DNA from: Synechococcus elongatus PCC 6301 | Lineage (GTDB): Bacteria; Cyanobacteriota; Cyanobacteriia; Synechococcales; Synechococcaceae | Assembly (NCBI RefSeq): GCF_000010065.1 | Contig: NC_006576.1 | Location: forward strand, 660,001 to 692,000 | Reading direction: 5' to 3' | Length of the DNA stretch: 32,000 nt | Shown here: piece after piece, positions 1 through 8,065 of the stretch | Layout of the letters: every line of letters starts with the position of its first letter | Position numbering within the stretch: the first letter of the stretch is position 1 | Notes under the pieces: model-generated | Seen by the model: only the letters and a program-made list of their open reading frames with translations | Told to the model about the DNA's origin: nothing | Database searches by the model: none | Position numbers and translations under genes: made by a program

Positions 1-120
1 TCAATTAAGTGCTGTTGGAATTACGAGGTTTCTGGATCAATGGTGGCAGCGTGAGCCAGGCTTTCATACTCAGTAGCCCTCTAGCGGCACGCTATTCTCT
101 TGTGGCGTGACCTCAAGACT

Positions 121-987
121 TCACTGCAGGCGCATGCTGATGTCGAGCCAAGGCGATCGCGTGATCGGGGCACTGCTGGAAATGTAATCCACGCCAGTTT
201 CCGCGATCGCTCGGATATTTTCGAGACTGATGTTGCTAGAAACTTCAATCTTGGTGCGGGGAGCACGATCGCGAATGACTTGAACAGCGGCTTGGACTTG
301 GGCAAGATTCATGTTGTCGAGCATGATCACCCCGACGCCTGCGGAGATAGCTTCCATCACCTGCCCAAGGGTCTCGGTTTCGACCTCAATAATTAACGGG
401 AATGGGAGTTGCGATCGCAACTTTTTGATCGCTGCCGCAATACTGCCCCCCGCCGCTGCAATGTGATTGTCTTTCACCATGACGGCATCATCTAAGCCGA
501 GACGGTGATTCGTACCACCGCCGACTCGAGTGGCGTACTTCTCAAGTAACCGCAGACCTGGCGTTGTTTTGCGCGTATCGACAAACTGAGTCGGTAAATC
601 AGCCAGCTGATCGACAAAGCGACGGGTTGCTGTGGCCACCCCGCTTAGCCGCATCGCCACATTAAGAGCCGCCCGCTCACCACTGAGCAGTGAAGCCAGA
701 GGGCCTTCCAACTCAGCAATCACTTGGCCGCTACCGCACGCAAAGCCTTCGGCCAGCTTGGCTGTGCACTTCACCTGCGGATCGAGCAACTGCAACATCC
801 GAAAGGCGATCGGTAAGCCTGCGATGATACCCTCACTTTTGGCAACCCAAGTCGCCTTGCCGGTCGTACCCTCCAGCCCTAAACCTTGGGCTGAGTGATC
901 ACCACGTCCCAAATCTTCGCGCGACCAGTCAGACAGAATCGGGTCGAGCAGGATCCAAGGGGGCAACATGGGGACGATCGCAAACAC
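121..987 (-). CDS. nadC: Nicotinate-nucleotide (quinolinate) pyrophosphorylase
   Basis: 288-aa ORF with NadC-type C-terminal barrel motifs (VMVKDNHIAAAGG, IIEVETETL, IMLDNM). The start is ambiguous: GTG at 987 or in-frame ATG at 969. Confidence 0.85.
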   Translation of the reverse strand: MFAIVPMLPPWILLDPILSDWSREDLGRGDHSAQGLGLEGTTGKATWVAKSEGIIAGLPIAFRMLQLLDPQVKCTAKLAEGFACGSGQVIAELEGPLASLLSGERAALNVAMRLSGVATATRRFVDQLADLPTQFVDTRKTTPGLRLLEKYATRVGGGTNHRLGLDDAVMVKDNHIAAAGGSIAAAIKKLRSQLPFPLIIEVETETLGQVMEAISAGVGVIMLDNMNLAQVQAAVQVIRDRAPRTKIEVSSNISLENIRAIAETGVDYISSSAPITRSPWLDISMRLQ

Positions 988-1068
988 CGCCTTTTATTGT
1001 CTCCCGCTTTGGAGTCCTAGGAGCAGGTCTGCTACAACGGCAGTGACGGTCTGCTCTGGGGCTTGTTG

Positions 1069-2385
1069 ATGCCGTTCTTGCGTTGTGGGTTGACTCGCTG
1101 GCGATCGCTGCGGCTATTGCCCCTGCTACTCACCCTATTCATCGTCCTTGCGCTCGGCGGGCTCGGAACAGGAACCCAGCGATCAGCCGCTGCGGATTCG
1201 ACCGTTGTGCTGCGAGCGCTGCTACCCGCACCGTTTCGAGAGGCGATGCAACCGGCGATCGCTCGTTTTACGGCTGAACATCCTGAAATTCAGCTGGAAT
1301 TGGTGGCGGGGCCAAATGACACCAGCCTGGTGTCCGACCTCTACACCACCGCTTTTTTGCTTGGGAATGCACCCTACGATTTGGTCTTTCTGGATGTGAC
1401 TTGGCTGCCAAAATTTGTTGCCGCCGGTTGGTTGCTGGATCTGAGCGATCGCGTTTTGCCTGAAATCCAAGCCGAATTTTTGCCCGCAGCTCTGAATGGC
1501 AGTTTTTATCGCGATCGCCTCTATCGCCTGCCTTTGAATGCGGCGGTTGGGCTGCTTTACTACCGGCAGGACTTGATGCCCGAGCCGCCCCAAACTTTCA
1601 CGGAGCTGGTGCAGCGATCGCAACAACTGCAAGCGCAGGGAGTCGTGCCTTGGGGCTACGTTTGGCAGGGCAAACAGTACGAGGGCTTAGTCTGCAACTT
1701 TCTAGAAGTGCTGGCGGGCTTTGGCGGCTACTGGATTGATCCACAAACCGGCGAGGTTGGATTGGATCATCCCGAAGCGATCGCGGCGGCGGATTGGCTG
1801 CACAGCACGATCACCGACCAGATTTCGCCCGCGGGGGTCAGCACCTTTCAGGAGAATGAAGCACTCAAGCTGTTTGAAACCGGTCAGAGTGCCTTTATGC
1901 GCAACTGGCCCTATGCGGAAATGCTGCTGGAGCGACCGGAATCGGCAGTGCGGGGCAAGGTCGGGATTGCGCCGATGGTCCATGCGCCCGGCCAAACCAG
2001 TGCTGCCACCCAAGGAACTTGGGGTGTGGGCATTGCCCAGCAAACGGAGCATCCTGAAGCGGCGTTAACCGCATTGTTAGCACTGACCGATGCTGAGTCA
2101 CAACGCTTGATCAGCCTTGGTTCTAACTACATTCCAACGCGATCGGCGCTCTATCAAGATCCCGAATTGCTGGCGCGCTATCCCTTCTATGCGACACTGC
2201 CGCCCATTTTGGAATCAACGGTGCTGCGATCGCCGCTACCCGCCTACGATGCTCTGTCGGATATTCTGCAGCGTCACCTGAGTGCAGCCATCAGCGGCCA
2301 AACGCCCGTTGCGATCGCCCTGCAACAGGCTGCGCGGGAGTCTCGTCAGTTGCTCACCAGTCAGCAAGGAGCAACAGCCTCATGA
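1069..2385 (+). CDS. ABC transporter periplasmic substrate-binding protein, family 1 (CUT1 sugar type)
   Basis: The ORF has a hydrophobic N-terminal signal-like segment (LRLLPLLLTLFIVLALGG) and family-1 solute-binding-protein-like sequence. The first ATG is at 1069 (the ORF track starts at TTG 1063). Its TGA stop overlaps the ATG of the next gene (ATGA at 2382-2385). Confidence 0.85.
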   Translation: MPFLRCGLTRWRSLRLLPLLLTLFIVLALGGLGTGTQRSAAADSTVVLRALLPAPFREAMQPAIARFTAEHPEIQLELVAGPNDTSLVSDLYTTAFLLGNAPYDLVFLDVTWLPKFVAAGWLLDLSDRVLPEIQAEFLPAALNGSFYRDRLYRLPLNAAVGLLYYRQDLMPEPPQTFTELVQRSQQLQAQGVVPWGYVWQGKQYEGLVCNFLEVLAGFGGYWIDPQTGEVGLDHPEAIAAADWLHSTITDQISPAGVSTFQENEALKLFETGQSAFMRNWPYAEMLLERPESAVRGKVGIAPMVHAPGQTSAATQGTWGVGIAQQTEHPEAALTALLALTDAESQRLISLGSNYIPTRSALYQDPELLARYPFYATLPPILESTVLRSPLPAYDALSDILQRHLSAAISGQTPVAIALQQAARESRQLLTSQQGATAS

Positions 2386-3260
2386 CTCATCCGCCTCGTT
2401 GGCTCACCATCCCGGCTCTCCTGACCATTACCGGTGTGTTTGCCTATCCCCTACTGCGGGCTGCTTGGCTGAGTTTGCAAGCGCTGAATCTCAATACCCA
2501 GTTGCAGCCGGTCTTCATCGGCCTAGCGAACTACCAGCGACTTTGGGGTGACAGCCGCTTTTGGGGTGACCTGTTCAACACCACTGTCTTTACAGTCACC
2601 TCCGTCAGTCTGGAGCTGGTCTTGGGACTGGCGATCGCGCTGCTCTTGCATCAACCGAGCCGCTGGCGCGGCCCTTTGCGAACGATCGCGCTTTTACCGT
2701 GGGTGCTGCCGACAGCGGTGATGGCCTTAGGCTGGGCTTGGATTTTTAACGATCCCTACGGCGTCTGGAATGACTGGTTGCAGCAGCTGGGTTGGATTGC
2801 AGCCCCGATCAACTGGCTGGGCAATCCGCGCTGGGCTTGGCTGACCTTGGTGGCGGCCGACGTTTGGAAGACCACACCGTTTGTGGCGATTCTGCTGCTG
2901 GCAGGGCGTCAGGCAATTCCTGAGGATCTCTACGAAGCCCACTGTCTGGAAGGGGCAACGGCTTGGCAGAGCTTTTGGCAGATCACCCTGCCTTTACTGC
3001 GTCCACAGCTGGCGATCGCGCTTTTATTTCGATCGGCTCAAGCCTTTGGTCTATTCGATCTGGTCAAAGTGATGACGGGAGGCGGGCCAGCGAACTCAAC
3101 GGAAACCTTAGCGCTCTATGCCTACACCACCGCGCTGCGCTACCTCGACTTTGGCTACGGCGCGACGTTGGCGATCGTGACAGCTGCAATCCTCGCCGCT
3201 GGCCTCGGTCTGATCTGGGGCTTGGGTCGATCGCGTTCCACCCCGTCGGGAGGACTGTGA
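2382..3260 (+). CDS. ABC sugar transporter permease (MalF/UgpA-like)
   Basis: 292-aa multi-TM protein with an EAA-loop motif (EAHCLEGATAWQSFWQITLPLLRP). It is translationally coupled to both neighbours. Confidence 0.9.
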   Translation: MTHPPRWLTIPALLTITGVFAYPLLRAAWLSLQALNLNTQLQPVFIGLANYQRLWGDSRFWGDLFNTTVFTVTSVSLELVLGLAIALLLHQPSRWRGPLRTIALLPWVLPTAVMALGWAWIFNDPYGVWNDWLQQLGWIAAPINWLGNPRWAWLTLVAADVWKTTPFVAILLLAGRQAIPEDLYEAHCLEGATAWQSFWQITLPLLRPQLAIALLFRSAQAFGLFDLVKVMTGGGPANSTETLALYAYTTALRYLDFGYGATLAIVTAAILAAGLGLIWGLGRSRSTPSGGL

Positions 3261-4087
3261 TGAAACCTCGATTCCGCTGGGCGATCGCTGCTCTCGCCCT
3301 CAGTCTGTTCTCCCTTGCGCCAATCCTCTGGCAGCTCCTGACCTCGATCAAGGTCAACGCTGACATCGCCGCCATTCCCACGATCTACTGGCCCCGCCAG
3401 TGGACGGTGGAACATTACCAAGCCCTCTGGCAACAGACCCCCGCTTTTGGTCGCTATTTACTGAACAGCGCCGTAGTCTCTGCTATTGCGACTCTCGCAG
3501 CTCTGCTGATCGGAACACCCTGCGCCTACGCGATCGCCCGCCGCCGCGATCGCAGCAGTCAAGTCTTGGTAGGAAGCCTACTGCTGGTGACCCTGTTCCC
3601 CTACGTTCTGCTGTTTCAAGGACTGCTGGAAGTGGTGCGCTGGTTGCAGTGGGGTAATAACTACGCAGCGCTAGTGGTGCCCTACACGGCGCTGAATCTG
3701 CCGCTGGTGATTCTGCTGCTGCGCAGCTTTTTTGAGCAACTGCCGCCGGAGCTGGAGGAAGCCGCTCAGATCGACGGGCTCTCGCTGGGGCAGCGGCTTT
3801 GGCTGATTTTGGTTCCGCTGACGGCTCCAGCGTTAGTGACAGCAGGTATCCTCGCTTTCATCTTTTCTTGGAATGAATACGTTTTGGCCCTCAGTTTTAT
3901 TTCCCAGCAAGCGCTGAAAACTGTGCCGATCGCCGTGGCCGAAATTGGCGGCATCTCAATTTTTGATGTGCCCTACGGTGACATTGCAGCCGCTACCGTA
4001 GTGGCGACGCTGCCCTTGATCGGTTTAGTCTTGGTGGCGCAACGGCGCATCCTAGAAGGATTAACAGCCGGAGCAGTGAAGGGCTAA
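3260..4087 (+). CDS. ABC sugar transporter permease (MalG/UgpE-like)
   Basis: The ATG at 3260 (MKPRFRWAIAALALS...) overlaps the upstream stop by 1 nt. The protein is multi-TM with an EAA loop (EEAAQIDGLSLGQRLWLILVPL). The ORF-track start at 2963 lies inside the preceding gene and is rejected. Confidence 0.9.
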   Translation: MKPRFRWAIAALALSLFSLAPILWQLLTSIKVNADIAAIPTIYWPRQWTVEHYQALWQQTPAFGRYLLNSAVVSAIATLAALLIGTPCAYAIARRRDRSSQVLVGSLLLVTLFPYVLLFQGLLEVVRWLQWGNNYAALVVPYTALNLPLVILLLRSFFEQLPPELEEAAQIDGLSLGQRLWLILVPLTAPALVTAGILAFIFSWNEYVLALSFISQQALKTVPIAVAEIGGISIFDVPYGDIAAATVVATLPLIGLVLVAQRRILEGLTAGAVKG

Positions 4088-4091
4088 ATCT

Positions 4092-5159
4092 ATGGCGTCA
4101 TTTGCCCTCGAACTGCGTCAACTGCGCAAAGCCTACAGCCCAAGCGTGGTGCCGGTGGCGAACCTGTCGCTCCAGCTCCAGCCCGGTGAATTTCTAACGC
4201 TGCTGGGACCGTCTGGTTGCGGTAAGTCCACGACCCTGCGCCTGATTGCCGGCTTGGATCAACCCACGAGCGGCAGTATTTGGCTGGGCGATCGCGAGAT
4301 CACGACCTTGCCACCGGGCGATCGCGATATGGCCATGGTTTTCCAGAGCTATGCCCTCTATCCACATCTCAACGTGCGCCAAAACTTGACGCTGGGTCTA
4401 CAAATTCGTCGCACGTCCGCCGCAGAAATTGAGCAGCGCCTGCAACAGGTCGCCCACAATCTTGAGCTGGATCATCTGCTCGATCGCCGACCGGCCCAGC
4501 TCAGTGGCGGTCAGCGCCAGCGAGTCGCCTTAGGAAGAGCCCTCGTGCGGCAACCCTCGGTTTTCCTGCTCGATGAACCCCTCAGTAATTTGGATGCGCT
4601 ACTGCGCGAGCAAGTGCGTGCCCAGATGAAAGCGCTGTTTAGTCAGCAAGCCTCGCCGGTGGTCTACGTCACCCATGACCAAACCGAAGCGCTGAGTTTA
4701 TCGCACCGGATTGCCATTCTCAATGGTGGGCATCTGCAGCAACTCGACAGCCCCGATCGCATCTACCAAGCACCCGCCAATGCCTTTGTCGCTGGCTTCA
4801 TCGGCAGTCCCCGCATGAATCTGCTGCCACTTCCCATTCACTCCGGTCAGGCTTGGTTGGGATCACGCGCCTTGCCAATCCCCTCTCATCTCGCGGCGCG
4901 ATCGCAGGTTTTGTGGGGATTGCGACCCGAACATCTCAAACTGGCGACCCCAGAGGTTGAGCGAGCGATTCCGGTTCAGCTGCACTTGACTGAGAATCTA
5001 GGGATGCAGCGCTTGTTGACCGTGGCGATCGCAGCGAATCCTGAAGTACGCCTCCGCCTGCTGATGCCCAGCGATCAACCCATTCCCACGGATCTACAGG
5101 TCACGTTCGAACCTGAAAGTCAGCACTGGTTTTGCCCATCCACCGGCGATCGCCTGTAG
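4092..5159 (+). CDS. ABC sugar transporter ATP-binding protein (MalK/UgpC-like, with C-terminal regulatory/TOBE-like extension)
   Basis: Walker A GPSGCGKST, signature LSGGQRQRV and Walker B VFLLDEP are present. At 355 aa, the length is typical of CUT1 ATPases. Confidence 0.92.
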   Translation: MASFALELRQLRKAYSPSVVPVANLSLQLQPGEFLTLLGPSGCGKSTTLRLIAGLDQPTSGSIWLGDREITTLPPGDRDMAMVFQSYALYPHLNVRQNLTLGLQIRRTSAAEIEQRLQQVAHNLELDHLLDRRPAQLSGGQRQRVALGRALVRQPSVFLLDEPLSNLDALLREQVRAQMKALFSQQASPVVYVTHDQTEALSLSHRIAILNGGHLQQLDSPDRIYQAPANAFVAGFIGSPRMNLLPLPIHSGQAWLGSRALPIPSHLAARSQVLWGLRPEHLKLATPEVERAIPVQLHLTENLGMQRLLTVAIAANPEVRLRLLMPSDQPIPTDLQVTFEPESQHWFCPSTGDRL

Positions 5160-5173
5160 GTCTCAGGACCTAC
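5156..5173. terminator. Perfect 7-bp stem / 4-nt loop hairpin between convergent genes (possible bidirectional terminator)
   Basis: GTAGGTC-tcag-GACCTAC. It overlaps the TAG stop of the ATPase gene and sits 5 nt from the stop of the convergent amine oxidase gene. It has no U-tract. Confidence 0.3.
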
Positions 5174-5177
5174 GGAC

Positions 5178-6665
5178 TCAATTGCAGCGTTGTTCTTGCC
5201 GCAGGAAGGTATCAGCTTCAGGCTGTGCTCCCGGATCAATTTGCCGCGCCGCCCGTAACCCTGACTCGATCGCCCCTTCGACCCAGCCGGACTTCATTGT
5301 TGTGAAATCACCTGCGAAGTGAATTAAGCCCTCTGGCGTCGTCCACTCACGAATCATCCAGGCTCCGCCGAGCGGTGGCCCACCAAAGGAGCCCCGAATC
5401 CAAGGTTGTTCCCCCCAGGCAAAATCAGCCAGCGTCACCACTTCATCAAACAAGTCCGGTAGATCGGAGCGGAACTGATCGACGATTGCCTGTGCCCGCT
5501 CTGACTTGGGCCGAGCCAGCATGGCATCCTTGTTGCGACCATTGAGGTAGAAGAAGGTATTGCCATAGCCCCCGCCCTCGTTACCTGTAATATCGATCAC
5601 CCGTTCCCAAGGGCGATCGGAACCAGCCATGGGCCAGCCGTGGACATTCTGAGCCAACCAAACAGGCGATCGCGTCTGGGCAATCACCTTGACGGTTTGC
5701 TCCCATTCCATCTCGGCAAACATGCGCCGTTTCCCAGCCGACCAGCCGGGCCGAACTGCAACTTCTGGCAGAACCGTGAAGGGAATGGTCGAGATAATGG
5801 CGTCTCCCTGAAACGTCCGTCCATCTTTGACCGTGACCGTCGCCCGATTAGCCTGCTGATCGATCGCGACAACAGGAGCGTCTAGGATGAAGCGTTCCGA
5901 GCCGATTGCGGCAGCCATTGCCTTAGGCAGCCGATCGTTACCCCCTTGGATACGAAACAAATTTTGATCACCGAAATGGTAGGCCAAATCGGGAATCACG
6001 CCCAAAGCAGGTGAGCTGCTGGTGAAAGTCCCACCGTGGGCATCAAGTAGCTGAATAAAAGCCTCAGAGCCCCCGACTTGGCGGATGAGCTGGGACAGCG
6101 TCAGATTATCGAGTTGCTGAATGGCTTGAGCATCGGGCCAATTGGCATCCAGCACCGTATCGGTGTCGAGCCCATTCAGAATCAAGTAAGTGTTCAGAAG
6201 TGAGGCGACACTGACTCGTCGCTCTTGCGGGGCTAAATCCCAAGGCCAGCGACTCAGATCTGCCGCATCCGCTGTCTTGCCGTCGAACAGATACCGAGGC
6301 AAGCCATCGTTGAGGGTCAGCAAGGGTAGTTTGAAGTGTCGGATGTAGCTGAGTACGTAGGGCATGTTGGCTCGAAAGTGCCCACCGCCTGCCTCGCTGA
6401 ACTGACCGCCCTTCAACGGCACCGACAGTAGTCGCCCGCCAATTCGGTTTTGGTATTCAATGACCGTAACTTGGTGACCCCGCCGGAGTAACGACAGCGC
6501 CGCCGTCAAGCCTGCCATGCCAGCCCCAAGCACCAACACCGATCGCTTTCTAACTGGCGTAGAGCGAGTCTGGGCTTGTCCTCCTGCCGCCAACGTGCCA
6601 GCGAGTCCGGTCGTTGCTGCCGCACCGAGACTTGACTGCAGAAAACGACGACGGCTAAAGCGCAT
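5178..6665 (-). CDS. Tat-exported FAD-dependent amine oxidase (flavin monoamine / L-amino-acid oxidase family)
   Basis: The N-terminus MRFSRRRFLQSSLGAAA carries a twin-arginine signal. A dinucleotide-binding fold follows (VLVLGAGMAGLTAALSL ... VIEYQNRIGGR). The protein is 495 aa. It may correspond to the basic-L-amino-acid oxidase described biochemically in S. elongatus, but I cannot confirm this. Confidence 0.85.
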   Translation of the reverse strand: MRFSRRRFLQSSLGAAATTGLAGTLAAGGQAQTRSTPVRKRSVLVLGAGMAGLTAALSLLRRGHQVTVIEYQNRIGGRLLSVPLKGGQFSEAGGGHFRANMPYVLSYIRHFKLPLLTLNDGLPRYLFDGKTADAADLSRWPWDLAPQERRVSVASLLNTYLILNGLDTDTVLDANWPDAQAIQQLDNLTLSQLIRQVGGSEAFIQLLDAHGGTFTSSSPALGVIPDLAYHFGDQNLFRIQGGNDRLPKAMAAAIGSERFILDAPVVAIDQQANRATVTVKDGRTFQGDAIISTIPFTVLPEVAVRPGWSAGKRRMFAEMEWEQTVKVIAQTRSPVWLAQNVHGWPMAGSDRPWERVIDITGNEGGGYGNTFFYLNGRNKDAMLARPKSERAQAIVDQFRSDLPDLFDEVVTLADFAWGEQPWIRGSFGGPPLGGAWMIREWTTPEGLIHFAGDFTTMKSGWVEGAIESGLRAARQIDPGAQPEADTFLRQEQRCN

Positions 6666-6999
6666 GGAGCCACCAGTCCTTAGGGCAAAGGGAAATTGAG
6701 CTTGGGTCAGACAATGAACTCAGCCGGACAGAATCTAGCTGAGCAGCTACGAAGCACTGTCTCGCTGACTCTAGGGCTGCCAATGAACAATGCTGTTTTC
6801 AACAGCTTTAGATATATCACCCGTTTCTATTGGCTTCTGGGTTTAGAAATGCTCAGTAACATTCAGAGCAAGAGCCAGTTAGCACAGTGATCAAGGAGTG
6901 AGCGTTCAATCAGCTTTTGAGCAAAACAGTACCTCTTGTTTCTCGTTGCCTTGACGCTACAGTAACGATAGTCCTCAAGTCCGATCGCAGAATTTGTCC

Positions 7000-8013
7000 A
7001 TGACTGTAATCTCCTCCAATCTAGGTGCTAGTTCTTTGGTGCCAACCTTTACTGACTGCTTGCGATCGCCCCTCACAAAAGCACACATTCATACTCTCCA
7101 GATCAACTTGGGGAAGCGCTGTAATTTAGCCTGCAGTCACTGTCATGTCGAAGCAGGGCCGAAACGAACGGAAGAACTGACAGAGGAGGTCTGTCAACAA
7201 CTGATTCAGTTAATTCAAAAACATCCAGAAATTCAAGTTATTGACTTAACAGGTGGTGCGCCGGAAATGCTCTATGGCTTTCGGCCTTTGGTAGAAGCTG
7301 CTCGTCAAGCAAACAAAACGGTGATTGTGCGATCGAACCTCACGATTTACTTTGAGCCAGGTTTTGAGGACTTACCTGAGTATTGTGCTGACAAACAGGT
7401 GCGGATTGTCGCTTCACTTCCCTGCTATTTGTCTGACAATGTTGACAAGATGCGCGGCCATGGCGTTTATGATGCTTCGATCCGAGCTTTACAAAAACTA
7501 ACTGAATTGGGCTATGGCAGTCAGCCTCAGTTAGTCCTTGATCTAGTCTATAATCCGCCACTGCCAACGCAAGAAAAGCAATTCCGACTCACACCCAATC
7601 AAATCAGTCTTGAGCAAGACTATAAGACTTTCTTACAGGAAAAATTCAGCATTCAGTTTAATCATCTTTTGACAATCACTAATCTCCCAATTGGCCGAAC
7701 AGGTCAGTTCCTCAAGCGACAAGATCTCTACGGAAAGTATCTACAGTTTCTCTCTGATCACTTTAATTCTGAAACTGTCGAAGGTTTAATGTGTCGCCAC
7801 CAGCTTTCGGTCGATTATCAGGGCCAAATTTATGATTGCGACTTTAATCAAATGGCAGAGGTTCCTGCGCTGAATCAGCAGGGCAATCCCCTTACAGTGG
7901 CGAATTTGCTCGCCAGCGATCGCCTCGATTTAATCTCTACGATTCAAACGCGCGATTACTGCTACGGCTGCACAGCAGGTTCTGGTTCTAGCTGTGGCGG
8001 TGCTTTACTGTAA
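7000..8013 (+). CDS. arsS: Radical SAM / Cys-rich-domain protein, ArsS-like (arsenosugar biosynthesis family)
   Basis: It carries a CxxxCxxC radical SAM motif (GKRCNLACSHCHVE). The family-typical C-terminal motif is also present (DYCYGCTAGSGSSCGGALL, the position that is Sec in some homologues). ATG is at 7000 (the ORF track starts at TTG 6994). GC content is markedly lower than in the flanks. Confidence 0.8.
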   Translation: MTVISSNLGASSLVPTFTDCLRSPLTKAHIHTLQINLGKRCNLACSHCHVEAGPKRTEELTEEVCQQLIQLIQKHPEIQVIDLTGGAPEMLYGFRPLVEAARQANKTVIVRSNLTIYFEPGFEDLPEYCADKQVRIVASLPCYLSDNVDKMRGHGVYDASIRALQKLTELGYGSQPQLVLDLVYNPPLPTQEKQFRLTPNQISLEQDYKTFLQEKFSIQFNHLLTITNLPIGRTGQFLKRQDLYGKYLQFLSDHFNSETVEGLMCRHQLSVDYQGQIYDCDFNQMAEVPALNQQGNPLTVANLLASDRLDLISTIQTRDYCYGCTAGSGSSCGGALL

Positions 8014-8065
8014 GGCAGCCTGGGTAACCAACATTGTTGGATCAACAGCCAGTGAAAAGTTGCGA

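Noticed and set aside
1-76. Possible 3' end of a plus-strand gene entering the window (frame 2 is open to TAG at 74-76), and a 20-codon minus-strand ORF (ATG at 68)
   Set aside because: Both are too short to evaluate, and no motif is visible. I cannot support either as a feature.
2963-3259. N-terminal 99-codon extension of the second ABC permease in the ORF track
   Set aside because: The extension lies inside the first permease's coding sequence in another frame. The ATG at 3260 gives a normal MalG-like N-terminus and a 1-nt coupling overlap.
6696-6890. 64-aa TTG-start ORF in the spacer between the amine oxidase and the arsS-like gene
   Set aside because: It has a non-ATG start, no ribosome-binding site and no recognisable family. 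It is most likely non-coding promoter or leader DNA.
8027-8039. Small hairpin CCAAC-att-GTTGG between the convergent arsS-like gene and folC, considered as a terminator
   Set aside because: It has only a 5-bp stem, a 3-nt loop and no U-tract, which is too weak to call.
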